Part shown: piece after piece, positions 9,001-14,507 of the stretch
How positions within the stretch are numbered: position 1 is the first letter of the stretch
Layout of the letters: each line of letters opens with the position of its first letter
Assembly: GCA_964512225.1 (NCBI GenBank)
Contig: CAZEKB010000024.1
Coordinates: 678-64,677 of the forward strand
Origin: an uncultured Rickettsiales bacterium
GTDB taxonomy: Bacteria > Myxococcota_A > UBA796 > UBA9615
DNA length: 64,000 nt
Reading direction: 5' to 3'
Notes under the pieces: model-generated
Told to the model about the DNA's origin: nothing
Seen by the model: the letters and a program-made list of their open reading frames with translations, nothing else
Database searches by the model: none
Position numbers and translations under genes: made by a program

Positions 9001-10748
9001 TGGACCCGGCCTGCACCGGCCTCGAGAACTGCAGCAACGGCGTGGACGACGACGGCGACGGCGTCGTCGACTGCGACGACTCGGACTGCTTCCAGGACCT
9101 GTCCTGTCCGGGCGTCGCCTGCACGGTCGTCTCGACGCTGATCTGCGACACGCCCGTGGGCGGCTCGACCATCGGCCAGGCCGACGGCATCCCCCAGTAC
9201 GGCTGCCAGAACTTCGTGGCCCCGGGGCCGGACCAGGTCTACGCGTTCGTGACGCCCGCGCAGGGCACGTACGGCGTGGAGGTGACGTCCGGTTCGGGCG
9301 CGGACCTGGACCTCGCGCTGTTGTTCAACCAGGGCGCGGGCTGCGATCCGTCCTCGTGCGGGGCCATCGCCGCGACGACCCAGAACCCCGAGAGCCTGCT
9401 CTTCGGCGGCCAGGCGAACGAGGTCTTCTACTTCGGCGTCGACTCCGCCGCGGCGGGGGTGTCCGACACCTTCACCATCGAGGTGCAGTGCGCGACGATC
9501 ACCGTCGAGGACTGCGGCAACGGCATCGACGACGACGGCGACGGCCTCGTCGACTGCCTCGACCCGAACTGCGCGTCCGCCACCCCCTGCCTGCCTCCCG
9601 AGAACTGCACCAACGGGGTCGACGACGACGGCGACTTCGACATCGACTGCGCGGACTCCGACTGCTCGACGGACCCGGCGTGCGTCGTCGAGGTCTGCAA
9701 CAACGGGCAGGACGACGACGCCGACGGTCTCGTGGACTGCGACGACGCCGCGGACTGCGCGAACAGCCCCTTCTGCCAGCCCGAGCTGTGCGCCAACGGG
9801 ATCGACGACGACCTCGACGGAGACACGGACTGCGCGGACGCGGACTGCATCCTCGACATCGCCTGCGGCGCCCCCGCCCAGGAGGTCTGCACCAACGGCG
9901 TGGACGATGACGGCGATACGTACATCGACTGCGCGGACGCGGGCTGCTCCGGCGCCGCGAACTGCGCCGAGGAGGTGTGCGGGGACAACATCGACAACGA
10001 CGCCGACGGGCTCGTGGACTGCGCCGATCCCGACTGCGGCCCGGACCCCGGCTGCATCACCGGGACGTGCGCGAGCGGCACGGTGATCACGTGCCCCGCG
10101 GGCGGCGGCACCACGTCGGTCACGAATACGACCGCGGGGACGTCGGCCACGGACCACTACGCGTGCGGGCCGGGAATCTCCCAGTTCGGGCCCGAGCACG
10201 TGTACCAGTTCGCGTCCAACGGAGACGCGCTGGTGATCTCCCTGACGCACACGTCGAGCGCGAACCTCGACCTGATCGTCCTGGAGAACCCGGGCACGAC
10301 CTGCGACCCGGCGTCGTGCCTGGCGGCCTCGACCGTCTACCAGTCACCCGAGTCGCTCGTGGTCACGACGCAGCAGTTCTCGACGTACCACATCATCGTG
10401 GACGGGCCCGCGACCTACGACGCCGACACCTACACCCTCACGTGGGAGTGCAACCCGCCCGGCGCGCCGGGGTTCGAGGAGTGCACCAACACCGTCGACG
10501 ACGACGGCGACACGCTCGTGGACTGCGCGGACCCGGACTGCGCGATCTTCCCCACGTGCATCCCCGGGGAGATCTGCAACGACCAGATCGACAACGACTT
10601 CGACACGGGCATCGACTGCGGCGACGCGGACTGCGCGGCGGCCACGAACTGCACGCCGGAGGTGTGCACGAACGGCGTGGACGACGACGGGGACGGGGCC
10701 ATCGACTGCGCCGACATCGACTGCTTCGTCGCCCCCACCTGTCCCTAG
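3..10748 (+). CDS. Giant secreted Cys/Asp-rich repeat protein. 5' end truncated by the window; more than 3,580 aa in-window. Tandem ~41-aa MopE-like putative metal/Ca-binding repeats (E-x-C-x-N-G-x-DDDGDG-x-x-DC-x-D-x-x-C) interspersed with 9 pre-peptidase C-terminal (PPC) domains.
   Basis: The same reading frame is open from nt 3 (A-C-A-A-L-T-T-C-T-A-E-V-C-D-D-G-L-D-N-D-G-D-G-F-I-D-C...) with no stop until TAG at 10746-10748. The track start at 120 is just the first GTG inside the window. The repeat consensus matches the myxobacterial MopE-like motif (CNGxDDDCDG), but with G in place of the second Cys. The nine ~125-aa inserts each carry the C-x-C...Y-x-C-G...TGPE...(D/N)LDL(Y/V)...G-x-C(D/E)P...C...Y...V-x-G...C pattern typical of PPC domains. 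Confidence 0.85.
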   Translation, partial: ACAALTTCTAEVCDDGLDNDGDGFIDCGDADCATTSGCVVEICDNSADDDGDGFIDCTDSECATDPECVVEVCDDLLDNDADGAIDCADSECIADPTCIVEACNNGSDDDADGLVDCADPECATSTFCATAEICDDGLDNDGDGSTDCQDTECTWTFIPTCTSEDCTNAIDDDGDGDVDCDDLQCANAPSCALEICDNGVDDDANGLVDCLDVADCATAANCIVEICDNGIDDDGDSFIDCTDAECIAGDPACTVEICTNSVDDNGDGFVDCADPQCATETICLVEICDNGIDDNGDLFIDCADATCQIQATCQTENCINGVDDDGDGDVDCADTSCIPQAVCLATGEAGLCDNTLDDDGDYYIDCVDTECVADPVCNPEICDDGFDNDGDGLVDCTDTDCAAFAGCAVEVCDNGTDDDGDLFIDCVDPDCIAEAVCIVEICTNTVDDDGDGLVDCADSECTADPACIPEICNNGLDDDSDGDVDCLDFDCFFDAACSLETCDNGLDDDGDGLVDCDDVIDCGLFTGCIVENCGNGIDDDYDNLVDCLDPECAAAAVCIVEVCDNTIDDDGDGDADCDDSECTTNAACIVEICDNGLDDDGDGTIDCTDSECAAEPACIPELCTNTIDDDGDGFVDCADPECTGVAACTSEVCDNNADDDGDGLVDCLDPGCFGAAVCVSGGTENCTDGTDDDNDGLIDCLDPDCFQDSACLTELCADGFDNDLDGDVDCADSDCTNDPACIAEVCDNGVDDDGDGAVDCLDGDCAGSPACTPEICNNNLDDDNDGLVDCADSECLADPACATENCTNGVDDDGDGDIDCLDFDCFNTLTCGEVCDNGVDDDGDGAVDCLDTDCAQHNACITEICNDGIDNDGDGTVDCDDTECATDTYCSTCSSTGAVACGGNAASNNDDPGSTDAVDSYACGGWDATGPEMVFEYVATEAGTHFVALAGLTANLDLYIIDETAAGGACDSNQCIAFGDQSASFTAVVGNTYLLVVDGRFGAKSDFVVNVFCPSNLVENCTNGIDDDFDGDVDCADTECSCAVTCSATSTLTCGQQLTATTVGSPSQISTYSCGVPATGPEEFFTFIGPPGGGTVDFQLASLSTADLDLYALESNAGACDPTVCADAATGSGSTELLSLATTAGTEYFIGVEGFSGDSGAFVLDVLCPTTTLEICGNFIDDDGDGDVDCADSECFGDAGCSVEVCDNSFDDDGDALIDCADPDCSTAPSCAVEICNDFIDNNGDGLTDCADAQCINATLCIPEVCNNGVDDDSDGDTDCDDLECENDPGCPPPTCSSVVSTIACGGSVVGTTTTAANSLTSYSCGNVSPGPDVTYEFTATATQLATISLQIDTPNTDLDIVVVSDQGNGCEPGACDAFAGSTTLNPELLAFPVNQGDTYYLLVESKLPSVSGDFTMSLTCGSTPGTELCGNGIDDDGNGLVDCNDPVCATNPACVTPPENCANNLDDDGDGLVDCLDTDCFGSPVCVLTENCANGVDDDTDGLIDCQDSDCVGDINCIGIENCGDGIDNSGNGLVDCQDPTCNGTAFCSTEVSCTNGFDDDGDGAVDCLDTDCTTQSVCIPEVCSNGVDDDNDGLVDCNDTECTLDPACIPELCQNGIDDDGDGFVDCLDTECSTQPFCIAEICGNGIDDDGDGDIDCTDLECAADPACITELCANGLDDDGDGFVDCADSECFTDAACTTENCTNGVDDDGDGLVDCADPGCFGNIACALGGTEVCTDGTDDDNDGFIDCLDPDCFTDPVCIPENCANGFDDDGDGLVDCNDPECTTAAACTPEICTNAVDDDGDGLIDCADPDCTGAGACTPENCTNGIDDDGDGLVDCFDPECPLDPSCIVENCTNGIDDDGDGTVDCNDLECINNIACGEVCTDNIDNDGDGLVDCADNDCAGNSACIPEVCDDGLDNDNDAFIDCDDTECVAAAYCTTCVELPTPVLGCTGAVSGLNIAAGSTDANNSYTCGGWDATGSEIVYEWTATESGNHVVALSGLAANLDLYVMDDSAPGCDASSCVAFGDQSVSFTAVAGNTYYVAVDGRFGAVSAYNLLTYCPSDLVENCTDGVDNDLDGDIDCADSDCTCQVTCSTTIALSCGDSIGGTTTGAADLIDTYSCGVPATGPEVFYSFVGPAGGGNVEFQLSTTDPGADLDLYALDDNTGACDPTLCLDAATASGNSDTLILATVAGDDYAVGVEGYANTSGTYILDVVCPSTTLENCSNAIDDDGDGDIDCGDSNCFGDAACATETCDNGFDDDGDGLVDCLDPACALNLLCTPENCSDGIDNDGDGDVDCDDSECTAATFCIVENCTNLLDDDQDGAVDCADSECVADPACITGTCPAAQSTLVCPSTTTDTTTGSTDSVSGYGCLNSQLGPEVVFEYTAVATQLITAELTIITAGIDLDLVVVEDAGTGCDPLNCTTVAGATTNPDTVAFAAVAGGVYHLFVDGKTALDVGDFTLDLACGTTTTSEVCTNGLDDDNDGDIDCADSECVADPSCLVPSEICTDNIDNDGDGLVDCFDADCVGSPACALVELCADNVDNDLDNLVDCQDPDCFTDINCILVEVCTNGIDDNNNGLVDCADLSCFGGPSCQTEVSCTNAFDDDGDGDVDCLDADCGLDPACLFEVCTDGVDNDNDGLIDCVDPDCIPATNCPEICTDGVDNDGDGLIDCADGSCAGNAACTENCTDGIDNDGDGLIDCADVVDCGTNAACITAEVCDDGIDNDGDGLVDCLDTADCATAVACLAEVCNDGTDDDGDGLADCLDPDCAGDPACPATFCAIQSVIGCGSSITDATVALSEVTGYGCGNLELGGELFYRLSTAAPETVQLTLTATDPSDDFDLVVLDDSGGGCVPANCSAYSATAGNPESLVFSTVAGDTYYVGVDGFGASDFGGFQLDVVCGTPTAEICNNGVDDDGDGDVDCADANCANAAVCNQTEICNNGIDDDGDSAIDCADGDCSTDSACIVEICTGGVDDDGDGLIDCADTECVLDPACTGLENCSNGVDDDGDGVVDCDDSDCFQDLSCPGVACTVVSTLICDTPVGGSTIGQADGIPQYGCQNFVAPGPDQVYAFVTPAQGTYGVEVTSGSGADLDLALLFNQGAGCDPSSCGAIAATTQNPESLLFGGQANEVFYFGVDSAAAGVSDTFTIEVQCATITVEDCGNGIDDDGDGLVDCLDPNCASATPCLPPENCTNGVDDDGDFDIDCADSDCSTDPACVVEVCNNGQDDDADGLVDCDDAADCANSPFCQPELCANGIDDDLDGDTDCADADCILDIACGAPAQEVCTNGVDDDGDTYIDCADAGCSGAANCAEEVCGDNIDNDADGLVDCADPDCGPDPGCITGTCASGTVITCPAGGGTTSVTNTTAGTSATDHYACGPGISQFGPEHVYQFASNGDALVISLTHTSSANLDLIVLENPGTTCDPASCLAASTVYQSPESLVVTTQQFSTYHIIVDGPATYDADTYTLTWECNPPGAPGFEECTNTVDDDGDTLVDCADPDCAIFPTCIPGEICNDQIDNDFDTGIDCGDADCAAATNCTPEVCTNGVDDDGDGAIDCADIDCFVAPTCP
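1940..4275 (+). repeat. Copy 1 of a ~2.3-kb intragenic segmental duplication
   Basis: The block begins with the unique signature GCFG..V..GGTE.C-TDGTDDDNDG-.IDCLDPDCF. It is followed by about 4 repeats, a short GEVC repeat, TEC....YC.TC and three consecutive PPC domains. The same order recurs at about 5100-7430 with roughly 60-70% aa identity. Confidence 0.6.
5100..7430 (+). repeat. Copy 2 of the ~2.3-kb intragenic segmental duplication
   Basis: It reads CTTENCTNGVDDDGDGLVDCADPGCFGNIACALGGTEVCTDGTDDDNDGFIDCLDPDCF ... CVELPTPVLGCTG ... three PPC domains. This is collinear with the 1940-4275 block. Confidence 0.6.
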
Positions 10749-10752
10749 CAAG

Positions 10753-10768
10753 CTCGCCGAGGCGAGCC
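10753..10768. terminator. Short GC hairpin (gctcgc-cgag-gcgagc) between convergent genes
   Basis: Inverted repeat immediately after the TAG of the giant gene and before the stop of the convergent deiminase gene. There is no U-tract, which is usual for high-GC genomes. Confidence 0.25.
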
Positions 10769-10856
10769 GCCCGGCGTGGCGTGGTTCGTCCGCGCTCGGA
10801 AGCGGGCGACATCCGGGATCTGGCCGAGGACCGCGCGCCCCCCATCCCGTCGGGCC

Positions 10857-11885
10857 CTACTCGGGCTGGTCGTTCGTGACGCAGTGCACGCCGCCGCCGT
10901 TGGCCCACAGCGCGTCGACGTCCACGAACCGCACCTCGCGACCCGGGAACCACCCCTCGAGCAGCGCGCGCGCTACGTCGTCGTCGCCGGCGGCGGCGGT
11001 GACGACGAAGCCGTCGCCGACCAGCCAGTTCAGGTAGCGCGACGCGTCCGGCAGGTCCATGCGCTCGATGTTCAGGTCGGGTCGCTGCTCGGCGATCTGG
11101 GCGGCTACGTCGTCCATCAGCCGGGACCCGTCTCGGCCCACGACGATCGTGTCCTCGGAGACGAAGCGCGCCATCCCGTCCACGTGCCCGCGCGTCCCGT
11201 CGAGCGGGTCGAATCCCTCGGTGTAGATGACCGACGTCACCCCCAGGACCTCCCCCAGCGCGGCGGTCATCGCCTCGCGGGTCATCGCCGGGTTCCGGTC
11301 GGACAGGACGCTCCAGCTCACGAGCGCGGTGTCCGTCCCGTTGACCTCCAGATCGCCCCGCTCGTGGACGATGCGCACCTGCTCGTTCTGCAGGCCCAGG
11401 TACTCGGCCACGGCGTCGGGCACGACGTTGTCGGCCGCGTAGGGGATGTCCCCGCCGAAGCCCCCGCCCCAGGCGTCGAACTCCCAGTTCTGGCTCACGA
11501 GGACGCCGTCGACCTCCACGTAGCGGGGTCCGTTGTCGCGCATCCACGAGTTGTCGTTGGCGATGCGGTGCCAGGTGATCCGGTCGACGCCCGCCAGCGC
11601 CGCGCGGCCGGAGTCCTCCGTGCGGGCGTCGGCGGCGAGCAGGTGGACGTCCTCGTAGTCGGCGATCGCGGTCACGATCTCCGCGAACGATCGCTCGACG
11701 GCGGCCCCTTCGTAGGCCTGCGGCCACTGCAGCCACACCGCCGCCTGGGGCTCCCACTCGGCGGGCGTGCGCCGAACGTCCCCGTCGACGCGCTCGGTGA
11801 AGGGGGACTCGTCGGGCTGAAGCATGGGCGTGCATCCGGCGGCGGAGGTGGCGAGGAGGGCGGCGAGCAGGGGGAGTCGGGTCAT
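10857..11885 (-). CDS. Agmatine deiminase / Porphyromonas-type peptidyl-arginine deiminase family (PF04371) protein with lipoprotein signal peptide
   Basis: The C-terminus ends in GGGVHCVTNDQPE, the catalytic Cys signature of the agmatine deiminase family. The body contains WMRDNGP, DAWGGGFGG and YTEGFDPLDGTRGHVDG. The N-terminus MTRLPLLAALLATSAAGC is a lipobox, and GGAG sits 6 nt upstream of the ATG. The ORF track extends to a GTG at 11909, which is less likely. Confidence 0.8.
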   Translation of the reverse strand: MTRLPLLAALLATSAAGCTPMLQPDESPFTERVDGDVRRTPAEWEPQAAVWLQWPQAYEGAAVERSFAEIVTAIADYEDVHLLAADARTEDSGRAALAGVDRITWHRIANDNSWMRDNGPRYVEVDGVLVSQNWEFDAWGGGFGGDIPYAADNVVPDAVAEYLGLQNEQVRIVHERGDLEVNGTDTALVSWSVLSDRNPAMTREAMTAALGEVLGVTSVIYTEGFDPLDGTRGHVDGMARFVSEDTIVVGRDGSRLMDDVAAQIAEQRPDLNIERMDLPDASRYLNWLVGDGFVVTAAAGDDDVARALLEGWFPGREVRFVDVDALWANGGGVHCVTNDQPE

Positions 11886-11941
11886 GGGGGCTCCGGGGTT
11901 CGACTGCACACTGCGAGCGCTTTCTGAACTGGACCTGATTT

Positions 11942-12613
11942 ATGGTCCGCTCCGTGAGAATTCTTCTCGTCGAGGACCAGAATCTGCTCCGCGAGGGCCT
12001 GGCGCGGGCCCTGCGAGGCGCCGGGCACGCCGTGGACGAGGCCGGGAGCCGCGAGGACGCCGAGGTCGCCGTGGACGTGCGGGACTACGGCCTGATCATC
12101 CTCGACCGCGGGCTCCCCGACGGCGACGGCCTCGACTCCGCGCGCCGCTGGCGTCGCGCCGGCGACCACACGCCCGTCCTCGTCCTCACGGCCCGAGACA
12201 GCGTCGACGACCGGGTCTCGGGCCTCGACGCCGGGGCCGACGACTACGTCGTGAAGCCCGTGGACATCGCCGAGCTCCTGGCCCGGGTCCGCTCCATCGC
12301 CCGTCGCGGCCCGGCCACGCGGGACGTCGTCCTGCGCGTCGCCGACCTGGAGCTCGACACCGCCCGGGCGGAGGTGAGGCGCGCCGGGGTCCTCCTCCCG
12401 ATGCGGACGAAGGAGCTCGCCGTCCTGCAGGTGCTGATGGAGCGCGCGGGGCGCGTCGTCAGCCGCGAACAGCTCCGGGACGCCTGCTGGGACGACGCCC
12501 GCTCCTCGGACTCGAACGTGGTCGAGGCGGCCGTCTCCGCCGTGCGACGGAAGCTCGGGGCGCCGCCCCTGATCCGCACCCGCCGGGGCCTCGGGTGGGT
12601 GCTCGATGGTTGA
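11942..12613 (+). CDS. OmpR-family two-component response regulator (REC + winged-helix)
   Basis: ILLVEDQ...LIILDRGLPDGDG...YVVKP receiver motifs. The C-terminal winged-helix trans-reg domain shows LTxKEFxLL-type spacing (MRTKELAVLQVLMERAGRVVSREQL). Confidence 0.9.
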   Translation: MVRSVRILLVEDQNLLREGLARALRGAGHAVDEAGSREDAEVAVDVRDYGLIILDRGLPDGDGLDSARRWRRAGDHTPVLVLTARDSVDDRVSGLDAGADDYVVKPVDIAELLARVRSIARRGPATRDVVLRVADLELDTARAEVRRAGVLLPMRTKELAVLQVLMERAGRVVSREQLRDACWDDARSSDSNVVEAAVSAVRRKLGAPPLIRTRRGLGWVLDG

Positions 12614-13748
12614 GCGCCTCGGGGCCCGGCGACGGGCGGACCTCGTCGCGCGCCGCATCGCGACCGCGACCGCCGGGGCGTGGATCGTGGGGGTCGTCGC
12701 CCTCACCGCGCTGTGCATCGTCGTCGCCGCGCGCGGGCACGACGCCGAGGTCGACAGCCGCCTCCGGGCCCACGCGCTGGCGGCCTACGGGCTCGGCTGG
12801 TTCGACGCGTCGGGCGCCTTCCACGGGGAGGTCCTGGAGAAGGAGACGGCGCTCCTGGCCGGGGATGTCCGGATCTCGATCGCCACGCCCTCGGCCACGG
12901 TCTTCGGGCCCGCCGACCCCGACGCCGTGGGGCTGGTCGATGACGCCCTGCAGGCCGGGGACGAGGTGTGGAGGGACCGGGCCTCGGAGCGGGTCCTCGC
13001 GCTCCCCACCTTCGACGACGCGGACCGCCCCGCGGGGGCCGTGATCGTGGCGACGCCCGTCGGTCCGGCGAGGGCCGCGACCCTCCGCTTCGGGCTCATG
13101 GCCGCCGCCATCGCGCTGGGGTTCGCGGGGCTCGGGGTGGCCTTCAGCCGTCGCCTGTCGGCCCGCGTGCTGGGCGCGATGCTCGAGTCGATCGCCGAGC
13201 GCGAGCGGATCCTCGCGGGCGCGGCCCACGAGCTGCGGACCCCGCTGGCGACCCTCACCACCCTCGCCGACTCTCCCCTGGAGGACCTCGAGGCGACCCT
13301 CGCCCAGGTCGGCGCCACCGCCCGCGACGCCGCGGAGCTGGTCGATCGCCTCCTGACCTGGAGCCGACTCGCCGAGGCCGCGCCGCAGCGGGAGGCCGTC
13401 CGCCTGGACCTCCTGGTCGAGCTCTGTCTGGGGGACGACGAGCCCTTGGACGCCGAAGAGGCGACCCTCCACGCCGACCCGCGCCTCGTGCGGATCGCGG
13501 TGTCGAACCTGGTCGAGAACGCGCGTCGCCACGGCGGGGGCGTGAAGCTCGTGCGCGTGCGGCCGGGGGTCGTGGAGGTGCACGACCACGGCCCCGGGAT
13601 CGGCGATCGTCGGCTCCTCGCTCCGTTCACGAAGCGCGGGGCCGGACCGGGCACGGGGCTGGGGCTGGCCGTCGTGGAGCGGATCGCCGAGGCCCACGGC
13701 GGTCGCCTCGACCTCGGGCCTCCGGTGACCCTCCGGTTGCCGTCCTAG
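12606..13748 (+). CDS. Sensor histidine kinase (2 TM, HisKA + HATPase_c)
   Basis: H-box AAHELRTPLATL, N-box NLVENARRHGG, and DHGPGIG / GLGLAVV G-boxes. The start overlaps the RR stop by 8 nt (ATGGTTGA). Confidence 0.9.
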   Translation: MVERLGARRRADLVARRIATATAGAWIVGVVALTALCIVVAARGHDAEVDSRLRAHALAAYGLGWFDASGAFHGEVLEKETALLAGDVRISIATPSATVFGPADPDAVGLVDDALQAGDEVWRDRASERVLALPTFDDADRPAGAVIVATPVGPARAATLRFGLMAAAIALGFAGLGVAFSRRLSARVLGAMLESIAERERILAGAAHELRTPLATLTTLADSPLEDLEATLAQVGATARDAAELVDRLLTWSRLAEAAPQREAVRLDLLVELCLGDDEPLDAEEATLHADPRLVRIAVSNLVENARRHGGGVKLVRVRPGVVEVHDHGPGIGDRRLLAPFTKRGAGPGTGLGLAVVERIAEAHGGRLDLGPPVTLRLPS

Positions 13749-14458
13749 GGGAAGACCACGGGAGCGGTCACGAGGAACTCGAAGTCCTCGTGGGAGCAGT
13801 CGCTGTCGTCGTTGTCTCCGGTGGTCACGAACCCGAACACGTAGCGCTCGAGCTGGACCGCCCGCAGGGACAGGGCGTCCACCAGCGGGCCGTCGAACTC
13901 GAGCGAGATCGGGCCGGGGGTCTCCGGCACCGGGATGGTGCAGTCCGACAGTCCGTCCTCTTCGCCGAGGCAGTAGTTGGGGGTCTCCCCGAAGTCGAAC
14001 TCGAGACCCACGACGTCGTCCCATTCGTAGAGCAGGAGGTCCTGTTCGTCGGTCCCCAGCTCGTCGGTGACCTGCGCGTTGTTGGACGCGAGCACGACGT
14101 CGTTGAACGTGAGGAGGAAGTTGTCGTCGTACTCCATGATCTGCTCGGTCGACGGGTCGATCCCCTGGAAGTCGAACTCGAGATCGCAGGCCAGCCCGCC
14201 TGCGGGCAGCTCGACCTCGGCCGTCTGCTCGATCCGCGCGGTCATCACGCCCTGCTCCCGGCGGAGGTTGTCGCCCTCCCCGAACGGGCACATGCGATCG
14301 GGGTCTTCGAAGAAGATCTCGAGCTCCACGTCCTGCGGTTCGCCGGCCTCGCAGGCCGAGCGCAGGTCTTCGACGGTCTCGATGCTGCCGAGGAGGCCGC
14401 TCCCGTCGCATCCGGCGATGAGGAGGGCGAAGATCAGCCACGCGAGTCGAACAGTCAT
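13745..14458 (-). CDS. Acidic hypothetical lipoprotein
   Basis: MTVRLAWLIFALLIAGCDGS lipobox. Compositionally protein-like and acidic. The upstream 180 codons of the track ORF (13745..14998) are R/S/P-rich junk, so the start is placed at the ATG at 14458. Confidence 0.6.
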   Translation of the reverse strand: MTVRLAWLIFALLIAGCDGSGLLGSIETVEDLRSACEAGEPQDVELEIFFEDPDRMCPFGEGDNLRREQGVMTARIEQTAEVELPAGGLACDLEFDFQGIDPSTEQIMEYDDNFLLTFNDVVLASNNAQVTDELGTDEQDLLLYEWDDVVGLEFDFGETPNYCLGEEDGLSDCTIPVPETPGPISLEFDGPLVDALSLRAVQLERYVFGFVTTGDNDDSDCSHEDFEFLVTAPVVFP

Positions 14459-14507
14459 TGTTCCTCCGGGGGAATTGGTGGACCTCCCCAAAAGGTACCA
14501 TCGCGCC

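Larger units (their letters stand above)
3..10745 (+). repeat. Coding tandem repeat array: imperfect ~123-126 bp units (gagatctgcgacaacggc...gacgacgacggcgacggc...gactgcgccgac...gagtgc) repeated more than 50 times
   Basis: Repeated nucleotide strings are visible directly across the whole ORF. They are interrupted at about 2675-3050, 3130-3515, 3885-4275, 5830-6210, 6290-6680, 7040-7430, 8355-8745, 9115-9505 and 10060-10460 by the PPC-domain-coding segments. Confidence 0.8.

Noticed and set aside
11885-11905. T-loop-like GGGGTTCGACT upstream of the response-regulator gene
   Set aside because: No flanking 5-bp stems or other tRNA arms. It lies within the signal-peptide-coding 5' end of the deiminase gene.
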